Shown here: positions 13,601-27,500 of the stretch, one piece after another
Layout of the letters: every line of letters starts with the position of its first letter
Numbering within the stretch: position 1 is the first letter of the stretch
NCBI GenBank assembly: GCA_036785375.1
Contig: JAWMAR010000201.1
Span: forward strand, 1,798,001-1,862,000
DNA from: Leucoraja ocellata
Taxonomy: Eukaryota
DNA length: 64,000 nucleotides
Direction of reading: 5' to 3'
Program-made: the position numbers and the translations under genes
The notes under the pieces: generated by a model
Told to the model about the DNA's origin: nothing
What the model saw: only the letters and a program-made list of their open reading frames with translations
Database searches by the model: none

Positions 13601-15537
13601 CACCTGTACATGGTACTAACACCATCATCAAGTATGCAGATGATACAACGGTGATTGGCCTCATCAGCAACAACGATGAGCTGGCCTACAGGGAGGAGGT
13701 CCAGCACTTAGCTGCATGGTGCGCTGACAACAACCTGGCCCTTAACTCCAAGAAGACCAAGGAGCTCATTGTAGACTTCAGGAAGTCCAGAGGCGGCACG
13801 CACACCCCCAACCACATTAAAGGGACGGAGGTGGAACGTGTTTCTAGCTTCAGGTTCCTGGGAGTCAACATCTCCGATGACCTCTCTTGGACCCACAATA
13901 CCTCTACTCTGATCAAGAAAGCTCATCAGCGTCTCTTCTTCCTGAGGAGACTGAAGAAGGTCCATCTGTCTCCTCAGATCCTGGTGAACGTCTACCGCTG
14001 CACCATCGAGAGCATCCTTACCAACTGCATCACAGTATGGTATGGGAACTGCTCTGTCTCCGACCGGAAGGCATTGCAGAGGGTGGTGAAAATTGCCCAA
14101 CGCATCACCGGTTCCACGCTCCCCTCCATTGAGTCTGTCCAAAGCAAGCGCTGTCTGCGGAGGGCGCTCAGCATCGCCAAGGACTGCTCTCACCCCAACC
14201 ATGGACTGTTTACCCTCCTACCATCCGGAAGGCGCTACAGGTCTCTCCGTTGCCGAACCAGCAGGTCGAGGAACAGCTTCTTTCCGGCGGCTGTCACTCT
14301 ACTCAACAACGTACCTCGGTGACTGCCAATCACCACCCCCCCCCCCCCCCCCTCCGGACACTTATTATATTTTTTTATTCAAATCGTTTGCTATGTCGCT
14401 CTTCAAGGGAGATGCTAAATGCATTTCGTTGTCTCTGTACTGTACACTGACAATGACAATTAAAATTGAATCTGAATCTGAATCTGAATCCACAGTGCAC
14501 AGATAAAGGGTAATGAGTAAAATATTTAATGTAAGATGAAGCCCAATTACATATATTTGAAAGGTCTCCAACGAAGAAATGGACGATCAGGATTGATCTT
14601 TGGTTGATCAGATGATCGTTCAGTTGGCTGATACCAGTTGGGATAAACGTTTTCCTGGATATGGAGATATACGTTTTCAAACTTCTGTTCCGCATTGAAT
14701 ACTTTCCAAACCAATGAGATAATACTATAAAAAAATACAAGCAAGTCAAAATCAATTACAATAGATATATGTCTAGGGATGCTGCCTGATCCACTGAGAC
14801 ACTCCAACACATTGCGTCCGTTTTCATATTTACCAGCATCTGCATTTATTCGTTTCTCTACTTTATAGTACTCGTGTTATAGTGCTTTCATGCGTATTTT
14901 GACAACAAATAGAGGTACGACCCTTTCTTTGTAGTCTATTATCGTAACATTACATCTGATGGAGTTGTATATAAATGTCTGACATCTTAATTTGCCAAAA
15001 ATATATTTCTCTATTTGAGCCATAAATATGATTCATCAACTGAAACTTATTATCCAATGGTCACTTATATTGCATTGATATTGGTTTACAAATGAATTTG
15101 ACTTCGCAGTAGCTAGCAATTCTTTGGAGATAAAACACTTCAATAATCGAATTAGACATCTTGTAAAATGAAATATAAAGTATCGTCCAATATGTTGGCC
15201 TAATCTCCCATGATCCTTTCCAGTAAGGCTATTGGATTAACTGTATAACCAATGTGCCCGATTTTCTTGTAAGTTCGAGAAATTCCTAATCAACACTAAA
15301 CATATCCATTGGATCCATGTAGCTTGAAATAACCTACACCTACGCGAGTAATTTGATGTTTCTGTTTTGGTACACAGATGAAGAAATGCGAGAAAAGAAC
15401 GCAGGTGCAATTACAGCAAAATTGCTAAATTAATCTTCTTCTTCTTCTTCTTGCGTATGGCGTGCACAGCCTAAAGTTGTAGGACAACCTGCTCTATTCG
15501 ATCTTATTTGATTGTGCACGACAGGTTGATTGCATTC

Positions 15538-15583
<46 letters not shown>

Positions 15584-18500
15584 TTATATATATATACACA
15601 CACATCGACTTGTGCAATAATATCAATAATAGTCTATGTAGTTCAGAGCTCAGATGAGATTGGACCAAAGGGTAAAGAGAAGATCCACAAGGACATTGCG
15701 AGGGTGCGAGCTATGGAAAGAGATTGAGCAGTTTAAATACTATTCCTAGGCGCGCAGGAGGATGATGGGTGATCTTATAGAGGTTTATACAATCATGAGA
15801 GGAATAGATTGCGTATATGGACAAAGTCTCTTGCCCAAATAAGGTGAATCGAGGACCAGAGGACATAATTTTAACGTGATTGTTTATCAGTAATTTGAAG
15901 ACACCTTTTTCACACAAATGATGGTGGGTGTATGGAACCAGCTGCCACATGAGGTAGTTAAGGCAGGGATTATCCCAACATTAAAGAAACAGTTAGACAG
16001 GTACATGGATAGGACGGATTCGGAGGGATTTGTACCAAACGCGGGTAGGTGGGATAAGTATAGCTGGGACATATTAGCCGGTGTGGCCAAGAAGGGCCAA
16101 AGGGCCTGTTTCCACACTGTATCATTCAGTGACTCTATGACTCTATGAACCTATGGATAAGACCATATTAAGTATTTTTTCCTGGAAGGAACACTGACGA
16201 GGTAGTTGAATTTTAAGTACATTTTATATAAATAACAAAGATTAACTTATTAATATTTGAAAAGCTGTTTTTAAAGTTGTAAATTATCAAATGATGTGAT
16301 TCCAAGTAGCCCGCCAGACCACATCAACTGCGTAGCGTGTGCTTTTGAGTTTGTTTACAAAGAGAGTTTGCTTTGCAATAGATAAAGTGCAACGAGGCTT
16401 CCCCAATCCGGTTACATATTTCGAGGACATTCTCCATAAAGAGGAGTTGTGTAGAACAACACTGTTCACAATGTTGAGGAGGCTGAGGAGACTGTAAGGT
16501 GATTTCACTGAAATATTTGTGAATAAAGTGGATTTGGGGAGGATATTTTCATTACCCAACGAAATTAACATTTGGCATCACAATCCTAACTTAATGAACA
16601 AGGCATTAACAATTAGGTGACAGAAAAATTGGATCTACATTTATTCTAAACAGACTTTAATAGTTTTCACAATATTAATGAAATAATGGAAAGGAGGGTA
16701 ATACAGAACAAATTGAGCAGACTTAAGAGATTATCCTCGCACTGGATCAACGGCAGAGAAGACCCAACAAGTCAGATTGCATGCTCCAACCACTAAATCT
16801 TAAGTTTATGTCTTTGGTAATAATGCGAAATCTGCACCTTGATTGAGTGGATTATGTGCCCAGAAAACGGACCATGATGAAATACAAAAATGAAAATGAA
16901 TAAAAAACATCGTGATAACATATAGTTCTTTCGTGTGGGAAATATGCTTGTTCCATATAAACATCGCCTAATACGGTAGGATTTAATATGTTCTTTTTAG
17001 ACATATGTTCTGTCCGACAGTAGACTAGCTGTATATTTACATTGAAAGCCATTGATAGATGTGTCCTTTATTTCTTTCATTTTATAATACTCGGACGCAA
17101 ATCACAAATTTATTTACCGCGGGATTCCCGATTCTCATTTATTTTGCTTCACCGCAGAGATAGCTGTTTTGCAGAAGAAACTGCAAGATACAAGTAAGGT
17201 TTCGAAGAAAGTATAGCAGCTACAAAGCATGCCATTTTTGTTATTTGTAATGCATCTTATTTGGATATCACCTCGATGTTTGTAGTGACTTAGCATTCCA
17301 CAGGGAAATAATAATATTTTAATAGAGGTGGGCATAACCATCACCCTTGTATTATTCAATTCCTTATAGTTTACGGTATACGTTATAACTATTAATACAT
17401 TCGTTAAGGGAGGGGTGTGGGGGAGGAGATGGTTGTGTATGGGAAGGGGGGTTCTGTGGAGGAAGGGGGATTGTGTGGGAAGGATGATGAGGGGAAGGGG
17501 CTGTGTGTCGGGGAGGGGGGTGTGGGGGAGGGGGGTGTGGGGGAGGGGGTTGTGTGGTAGGGGGGTGTGCGCACTTTCCTATAGCAGTGTTCATTCCTTA
17601 CAATCCGTTCACCACCCCCACTTCACACTATGCAGCAAAAGGCCTTATCTCACAGTCGTAACTATGCGATTCGCCATGGCTATTGTCCCAGGAGGGTTCA
17701 GGCGGAGTTCGCCCCATCTGAACATCTTCCGTCTTCCCCAATACTGATAACTACAATGTCCCACCAATTCTGGTTTAGGCTCCACCCCAAACGTCACACC
17801 TTCCTATTCTTCAGCGATGCTTTGAAGCTTTGCGCCATATATACTCCGGAGAAATATGTGTACCACTTCGCCAGCTGAAGTCGAGCAATATCCATTTTGT
17901 TTTGCTGACATTGCGAGAAAGGTTCTTGTCCCGACACCAGACCACGAGGCATTCAATCTCCGTCCTGTAATCCGTCTTGGGTTGCTGAGCGAGACACGTA
18001 GCATCTCTGGAGAAAAGAGATGGGTGACATTTCGAGTAGCTTATGCTTAGAGATTGCAAACAGATGGACAAATAAAACAGATTAAGATCCGCATTTCTCA
18101 TCAGCTGGACGATGAAGCTACTTACCAATCGGCCCAGTACACTTGCTAGACGCATCAAATCTCATTCAAAATGGTTCAGTCATCGTTAAAGCTAAACATG
18201 CGCTGTTCATAGTACATCTGAGCAATGAAAGCGGAGCTCAGCATTATTGAGCAAACGACAGCGTGTTGTGCAAACACTCCATCAAGTAAAGTATAGGAAG
18301 AAACAATTGGGAAGAGATGTTAGACGTCAGTTGCCGTTATAACTACTCTGCCACAGAAGGTAGTTGAGGCCAGTATATTGGCTATATTTAAGAGGGAGTT
18401 AGATGTGGCCCTTGTGGCTAAAGGTATCAGGGGGTATGGAGAGAAGGCAGGTACAGGATACTAGGTTGGATGATCAGCCATGATCATATTGAATGGTGGT

Positions 18501-21500
18501 GCAGGCTATCTTCCATGTTTCTATAACAGTTGTTATGAGATTTGTTCTGCGAAATGCATCCATGTCAAAATTATAATTAAAATGTTAAATTGAGCTTTCT
18601 AATGGGGGGTAAAACTGTGACAAGTGTGGGGAGATCGGTGATTGTGATTTGCTCTGGCCCTCTCTGATTTCCCGAAGTTTGTGGCTTCCTCCAGCTCACG
18701 CTGTCTTCCTCGATCCCGCTATGTCCTTTTCGGTAGCAAACCCCAAATCCACCGCAAAGTTTTTTTTTGATACTAGCTGACAGTTGTGATAATAAATGCA
18801 CTGCATCGTTTATTAGGTCAGATTCACTTTACCTCAGCATATTATCAGCAGGGTCAAACGTGGATGGCACTGATATAATCGCAATGAAAATATGCACCAA
18901 TATACGAGATGTATTCGTGAATATGTAATTGTATCCATTTGGAAAGTACTGAGTATCAAGAGTGAAGAAAATGCTAATATTAAGCATCAGAAAAAAATTG
19001 ATAATAACACAATTTTTATAATTTTAGAATGATAATATTAAATAGGGAACGCTGTGAAATATATTTTAGTTGTTCATTCATATTTATTTTTATTCAGCGG
19101 GAAGTATAACGGCCCAGCATGAAGGTAACGATTCGTACAACTTCCCCGAAATAACAATTGAATTCAATTGAACTTATTTGTAATTTTAAAAAGTTTGAAC
19201 GAAATGTCGTTACCATACAGTCATATCAACAAAAAGCAAACAGAACACACAATTACATAAATTTTACATAAACATCCATCACAGTGACACTCCTCCAGGC
19301 ACCTCCTCACTCTGGTGGAAGATAAAACAAGTATTATTCCTACCTTGCTTCTTCTCCCGCGGTCAGGCAGTCAAACTGCTGCGTCGAGCCGATCGAGGTC
19401 CGCGATATTGAAGCCCCCGCCGGGCGATGGAAGATCCCGCGGCCGTGCCGCGCCTGGCGATGAAAGGTCTTGCGAACAGGCTGATTCAAGCTTTGCGAAT
19501 CATGGCGGACGAAGCTGCTGCGGTTGGAGCTCCTGAAAATTGGTCGCCTCCCAGGGACCTGCGAGCTCCCGGTGTTACAGACCACAGGACACGCGGCCGA
19601 AGCCTCCGAACGTAGAGTCGCAGCCGCAATCGCAGCGCCACCACAATCTCCGAAAGTCAGTCAGCTCCGGGAGTCCACAGGCTCTGCGACCGGAGCCATC
19701 AAGGTCAATCCAGCTGGAGGCCACCCAGCTCCTCGGTGTTAGGCCGCAGTGCGAACGGAGATACAACGCGGGAAAAAGCGCATATCCGTTAAAGAAAGGG
19801 ATTTGTTTTAACGTTTCCACCATTGCCCCCCCCCCACCCCCCCCCCCCCCTCCCCAACATGACACACAACTAAAAATAGACCATAACATACATCTAACAT
19901 TAACGATAAGACAAAGAAGGAAGAAAGACAGACAGACTGCAGGCGAGGCGCAGCCACAAATGCAACGCCGCCAATGCTCCTCTATTGTGACGACTTATTC
20001 AGTGTTCAGTCGTAGCCTTGGCATGACTTACTTCTGTGATTTGCTTTCCACCCTTACATTCCACCGTCATCCATTCTGGTGTCCTCTTTCGGTCAATTTG
20101 GCCAGTTCCTCCCTCGTGCCTCTGTGGACCGCTTTGCCCAGCTGCGAAATCGACACATCCGATTTCACCTTCTCCTTGTAGACTAAGTTAGAGTCAACTT
20201 TAGCCGCAAAATCATGAGTGTATCGGGAGTAAAGAACGAGATGCAGAACGCATCCTTGCTAAACACAGTTTTTGAGCTTTATTCTGCACGAGGAATAGTA
20301 ATCTATCTTCAATAATCAGTCTTCCGAGGAGGCCGAAACTTCAGCTATCTACGTCTTCCAAAGATATTGCCTGATCCGGTAATTGCTCAAGCAATGTGTT
20401 TGCGTTTACTTTGTAAACATGCAACTCCAGTTCCTTTTATCTCCTCGCTGAATGTGGACTGCGGATAACCAGGTCGTGTGTCCGGTAACAGCTGGCGCCC
20501 AGGTCCCTATGTTTGGAAGTGAATGAATATGGGATAATGGTGTTGAAGACGGAGCTATTGTCGATAAATTGTAGTCTAAAATAAGAACCCTTGAGTTTTA
20601 GTTGGTTTAGAGATGCGTTCAGGGCCAGAGGTATGGCGTCTCATGTGGACTAGTTGCGACGGGAAGCAAAGTGCAGTGGATAAAGGCTAACTTCGAGGCT
20701 AGATGTAATGTGTGGCTTTATCAGTTTATGGAAGCATTTCATGATATTGGTGATTGTCAGTGTCGCTGGACGGTTGTTCTTAAGGCATGCTACCTTGTTT
20801 TATTTAGGCTCGGGTACGATATCAGACTACTTGAAGCAGCTGGGGATTTCAGAATGCAGTTGTGAGAAGTAAGATGATGCCTGAGAATACCTCTGCCAGC
20901 CGATTCACACAGCTCGTGACGACACAACAAGGGGTTCCATTGGCCAGTTGTTTTCAGCGGATTCACTCTGAGGAAGGCCGATTTTACGTCACCCAACGCA
21001 ACATTTGGTACAGGTGCAGCCGTGAATGGCGGGGTGGGTGATATTGCTCCACTGACTTGCGGTTCAAAGTGGGCGGTGAATGCATTCAGCTCATGGGCGA
21101 TGGTCCAGCGATACTGCCCATGTTCGGTTTGCAGCCCGGTATCGCGACCATGCCGTGCCACTATCTTCCGGTATCCGTTCTATTGCTTCGGGACTTCAGC
21201 TTGGCTTGGACCAGAATTCACTCTTGGCATCCTCGATAGATCGCCGAAGAAAATAGATACATTTCTTTTACCGCTCCAGATCATTCCACATGAAATTTGC
21301 AGAATTGGACTTTGCCTAGAATGTGGTTCACCCATGGTTTCCGTTTGACGAGCACATACATCGTGATCTTTAATCCGCAGTCCTCTACACACTTGATAAT
21401 GAAGTCTATTACACGAGTGGTATACGCATACAGGTTAGTCACCGAGTCGTTGCATATTGTCCAGTTTACCGATTGAAAGCAGTTGCGACGGATCGCATCT

Positions 21501-24500
21501 GTTTCCTCTGACTAACAATGTACGATTTTTTTCTCTGCTGGATCCTCTCGCTTCAGTTTTATTTCATAGTTTTAACCAAAACCCATTTGTACAACACAGA
21601 AACCAATCAAATCAATTCATAATTTTGAAGGTCTTTTCGTTTTTTCTATGTCACTCGTGATTTGAAAGGGGCTATCGGAAAAAAGTTTATTCGGCGTTTC
21701 TCGCTGCAACTTAAACTGTGTTGTTTCCCTGCCGGCGTGTGTCCTTAACACCAATTTATGAAACCCGCTATAAATTTTAAATGACCCAAATAATTTTCAT
21801 GCCGGATATGATAATCGTTCAACATTTATATTTTCTCTCTCCATTTTCTCAGAAATTCAAAGCAAAGCTAGCATTCTTAAAAGTAATGGTGAGTCAATTG
21901 TCACGATAAATGGTTTCAGTCTGTAAACCATGCGCATTTGTCAGCATTTTAAGCTGCAATCGCATTCATTTAATGATGTGCGTTTGTTTTTGACTGGGAA
22001 AGGGTGGATTTATAAACCGGATTTATAAACTGCTAGATATTTCCTTTGGCACTATTGCAGTAAATGACGATACATGCACAATGTCATATCTGACCTGAAG
22101 TGCAGCAATTACGTGAGGCACATAACTCGGAATGTATCTGCGGACATTGAGCAATTGTAGCAATTTTTGAGCGCGCTCCATAAGAGGACACACACTATCT
22201 GCCCAAGGAATCTCACTACCAAATTACATAATCTGCGACTAAAAATAGTTCAAATGTAGTTGTAATCTTCGTTCAAAGTTGTGTTATGAAATCTTAACAT
22301 TTGCCTCACATTTCTATTCGTTCACTTGAATAATATCTTCCAAAAATGGCATAATCGGGGTCTGATTAGGAACAGTCAACATGGATTTGTGCCAGTCAAC
22401 ATGGATTATAGGAAATATGTCAACAAAATAGAGAGAGTACAGAGGAGATTTACGAGAATGTGCCTGGGTTTCAGCAACTAAATTACAGAGAAAGGTTGAA
22501 CAAGTTAGGTCTTTATTCTTTGGAGCGCAGAAGGTTGAAGGGGGACTTGATAGAGGTCTTTAAAATGATGAGAGGATAGACAGAGTTGACGTGGATAAGC
22601 TTTTTTTCCATTGAGAGTAGGGACGATTCAAACAAGAGGACTTGATTTGTGAATTAAGGACAGAATTTAGGGGTAACATGAGGGGAACTTCTTTACTCAG
22701 AGAGTGGCAGCTGTGTGGAATGAGCTTCCAGTGGAAGTGGTTGAGGCAGATTCGATTTGATCATTTAAAAATAAATTGGATAGGTATATGGACTGGAAAG
22801 GAATGGAGGGTTATGGTCTGACTGCAGGTAGATGGGACTAGGGAGAATACGTGTTCAGCACGGACTAGAAGGGCCGAGATGGCCTGTTTCCGTGCTGTAA
22901 TTGATGTATGTTTATATGGTTAATACAGAACTAAGTACACGTTTTCATACTGCTGTTGTTATTATCGTTAACATTAACATTCTACCTTCAGAAGAATCTT
23001 TGACCGTTAAAGATAAAGGTGGGGATGTTTATCGAACATTATTAAATTACTATTTTGTTCCTTTTCCAAGTTTTATCACGAGATATGCCGTGTTTCTTCT
23101 TAAGTGTTTCGGTTATAATTTTATTTACCCCTTTCAGATCTCCAGTTGGCAATTATCTTAAACGCTTGATTTATTTACGTTATTCAATTGCCCTCGCCAT
23201 TTTGTTGCACCGAGTTATGCACAGCCCAAACTCTTATATGTTGGCCGAGTTAAGGGACTGTACACCTGATTGCATTTATATTTTACGAAATAAGGAAGCA
23301 ATTCAATGTCTTGCATTAGTATTGCAATCATTTGAGGTGGACTCGTGGAATTAAATACGTATTACTTTTCCTAGATTTATTTCGTTAAACCTAATCTAGA
23401 TCACATAGCATAGATATTCAATTTCAAGATTTCGATTTTAATGCTAAGTAAAATAAAAGTTCATAATTAAGATGGCCACAAGTCCACTGTAGAGTAAATT
23501 GGACTTGTGTGGTGGATTACTAGATTTGATGTAATTGACGCTCAATTTGCAATTCTGCGAAAGCGGAAAAGCCTTGATGACTTCTGAGCAAGTGACAAAA
23601 GAAGGTTGTTGTAGGAAATAAAATCGCTGGAAACAACATGATTGTCGAAGATTGGCAAGCCAAAATGAAATAAAGGGATAGTGCATCGGATAATCTTATC
23701 TTACGTTGGAAAGATGTAGCTCAGCTTCAGTCTCATTCATTAATTTACGTAATTGCTCGAAAGAGCATACCCCCTGGGATTACCTTTGACAAGACATAAA
23801 AACATGTTTTTTCCTCCTTTCAAACGTCACAAGCTGATTGGAGTCCAACTTTCCTCTGGCTGCAACCAAGCATCCGTTTTTTTTTTACGGTTTGTCCAAA
23901 ATTACAAAAATGGTCATTAGTTCCTCATTAATTAATGCATTTTAGGCACACCCTTTTACAATACAATCAGTTGTATTCGTCACATTAAGTTATGTATTTT
24001 AGACACACCCTTTTTATAGATTTCTTGTCACGGAATTTTCGTTCACCGTTATGTTCCATCTCATTCAAAGCTGCACTAAAAATATCTGTGCCTTCTATTG
24101 CCATCAAATAACAAAATGAAAACAACAGAACTAACTATTTATAAATCGTACATCTCTCCGCCTTTGATAATGTAATGCAAGAAACCTACTAATCTGCCGA
24201 TGTTCTCAGCATCTGTCATAGATTATTCTTAACCAGCAGAATGACACTTTCCAGCAATTATATTTTCGAAGGACTGGGACTGATTTCCTACTTGAATGCT
24301 CCGCAAGCAAATTCGTATTCTTGCTCTATTATATACAATGTCCTTTTGTATTTCTACACATCCGACATGTCCTTTATCTTGATATAGATCCTTTATGTAG
24401 ACTTTTTCTAATAGTATATTCAGCAAATATACTCAAAAAAATATTATTTAACTTATTTGCAATAGTTCATTTTTCTGGAATGTGGAAATCGTACTTATTA

Positions 24501-27500
24501 AATCGGCGGCCACTGCACCGTTATTATGCTGCCCTGCAACGTTTCCACTTTTTCTGGCATCGCTGCTGTTTTTTTCTCACTCAAAATTTGCCCGAGATCA
24601 TTTGATAATAATGTTACTTGTGCAAATAAAAAGGCTTCGGAAAATTGCAGCTGGCGATGATCGTTTAGAGAGAGGACCAATAAGAGGCCCAAAACGCTTA
24701 TGCGTAAATTCAAGAGACAAGACAGGAGACAAGAGACAAGAGACATTTATTGTCACATGCACCAATTGGTGCATTGAAACTTGTGGTCACCATACAGCCA
24801 TACGAATAAGTTAATGAACACAGCCACGATAGTCTTTCACATAAACATCCCCACACAGCGGAAGCAAAGTTTCTCATTGTGAGGGAAGGCATAGTTCACT
24901 CATCCTCCTCTTTGATGTTCTTTGATGTTCACCCGTGGTCGGAGCCTTCCGAGCCCTCCGCAGTTGCCGGTACGGTCGGCCCGATGTTCAGGCACTCTCG
25001 CCGGAATGATGGACCTCCGACGTCGGAACGGAAGAACATCCTCAGCGGCTTGGACTTCCGAATCGGCAACTTCTTACCGGAGAACGCGGCTCCCGAAGTC
25101 CACCGGCCGACCTGGGCGGAGATTCAACGCTGCTGACCCCCGGCAAAGGATCCTAGGACTCCGTGGTGTAGGTCAGCGCCGCCCACGCTGGAAGCTCTGC
25201 AAACCACAGCTTTGCGATGTTGAAGCAGCAGGCCCAACATTCCGGAGCTTCAAACGGCGATCCAGGCATCGCCCGCCCCACGATGTATCCAGCGCTGCGC
25301 CGCTGCAGAAGTTCTGGTCGGGTCTACACATCAGGAGGTGCAACTCCAGAGCCAACAATATCATGAGAGACCCCTTCCACCCCTGCAACGGACTGTTCCA
25401 GCTGCAAACGCCTCCGTTGCCATGCGGTGAGAACGGGGAGGTTGAGAAGGAGTTTCTTCCCAGAGGCCATTCGGACAGTAAACGCCTATCTCACCAGGGA
25501 CTAACTGTACTGAACGTTTTTCCTTCCATTATTTATTATGTAAAATAATATGTGTGTTATGATTGTGTTTATAGTTATTTTGGTTGTTTTGTTGTTTGTC
25601 TTTTGCACAAAAGTCCGCGAGCATTGCCACTTTCATTTCACTGCACATCTCGTATGTGTATGTGACAAATAAACTTGACTTGACTTGATTTGGGTCCCCG
25701 GCAGGAAAGGCCGCGCCAATACAGCTGGTAGGCCGTGAGGAGGGGGGGGGGGGGCGACAACGCGACTCTGAGAATAATCGCAACCTCGCCAGGAAGTGAC
25801 TGGGAAACGGTTTCCCCCTTACCCTACCCCCTCCCCCACATCGAAATACTAAAAAAAATCCTGCAACACATACTTTAAACAAACTAAAAATAAAAAAAAA
25901 ACGTTAGGAAAACAGACAGACTGTAGGCAGAGGCTGACATCATGCGGCACCCCTAGTGGCCAAATTCGGGTAAAACGGTGTAAATTGGAGGGATATTTTC
26001 CCGATTTCCCTTTTAAGTTGTCTTTTTACCTCTTCAGAATTGGAAAAACTACGAGCCAATTTAGAAGAAAATGGTAAGCAGATAGTATATGTTCGTTCTG
26101 TTTATTTGCCAACGCATTAAAATGTTGCTCGAATGTTCTCCATTAACCTTTATACTGAGGCCAATGATTTTCAAAAATAAGGAATCTCTTAATGCTACAT
26201 GTAAGGAACTGCGTTTTGTATATGTACCGAAGTAAGGCAAGGCCAGGAAATGAGCAAATCTCCTGGTTGCAACACACAAAGCACACTCAGCCCTTATTAT
26301 CTCACAGTATGTAAATGATTTCTAGCTGCCATTTCCCTCTATAGAACGATCTGCCCACACATCTTCCCACATCATATTTCAAAAGTCTTAATTTTAAATA
26401 CGTATTTAAAGTAATATACCGCTCGCAGTCTCTTCGTTATACACACAACTATATCCGACGGAAAAATTAAAAAGCACATTTCACATCCATCGCTACTGCC
26501 GTCGGTACCATCGTAATGGCCGCCTCGCCAGCAGTATGTCTTGTCGGTTTTTATGATTTTAAGTATGACTTGAATGCTTGTTTTAATGTTTATTGGTGTG
26601 TTTTCTGTACGGGGTGGGGTTGGGGGGGGGGGGGGGGGGGTCGGGAGAAACCTTCTAAAGCCACTTACCTCGACTGAGATGCGATTTTTCTCCGTGGCTT
26701 TTCCTCGAGACAGGCCGGAGCTTCAAGCAGCGGGTGCGGCGCGGAATTACCATCTGGTCCTGATTGATTACTGCACAATCACCTCGTAATGCCCCTGTCC
26801 CACTTTGGAAACCTGAACGGAAACCTCTGGAGACTTTGTACCCCCACCTAAGGTTTCCGTGCGGTTCGCGGAGGTTCCCGGAGGTTTTTGTCAGTCTCCC
26901 TACCTGCGTCCACTACCTGCAACCTCCGGCAACCACCTGCAACCTCCGGGAACTGCTCGAAAACCTTAGGTGGGGCGCAAAGTCTCCAGAGGTTTCCGTT
27001 CAGGTTTCCCAAGTGGGACAGGGGCATAAGTGGTTATCTCGCGCAGGTCGGAGTAGGTAGAGTAGTGATTAAATTTTGAAGTGGGCCTTTTTAAACAAGT
27101 TGATGAGATCTAGTTGCTCAATCCCCTTTTAAATGACTTGACACCTGGAGCAGCACGGGTAACATATTCCATTCCATTGTGGTCCGTGAGTAAATGGAAT
27201 AATTGGAAGCAAAGTTTATTGAAATTTAGCTAGTTGATGATGTAGGGAACGTTATTTTGTCTTGTTTCATGGCATTTTGTGCTCTGTGCTGACAGAAGAT
27301 TTGATGACGTGATTTTGAGATTCTCCTGGTAAATTACAATCAGTCTTAGACTGATTCTGCGGAGCTCTAGGGTATCCCATCCAGGAGAAGTCAGCATATT
27401 GTTCACGATTGATGTGCACTTGTAGTCATTACATACAAAAAGGCTGCTCGGCATTGTACATTATCCAGGGTGATCTTGGTGTTGTTGTTGAAAGGATCCC

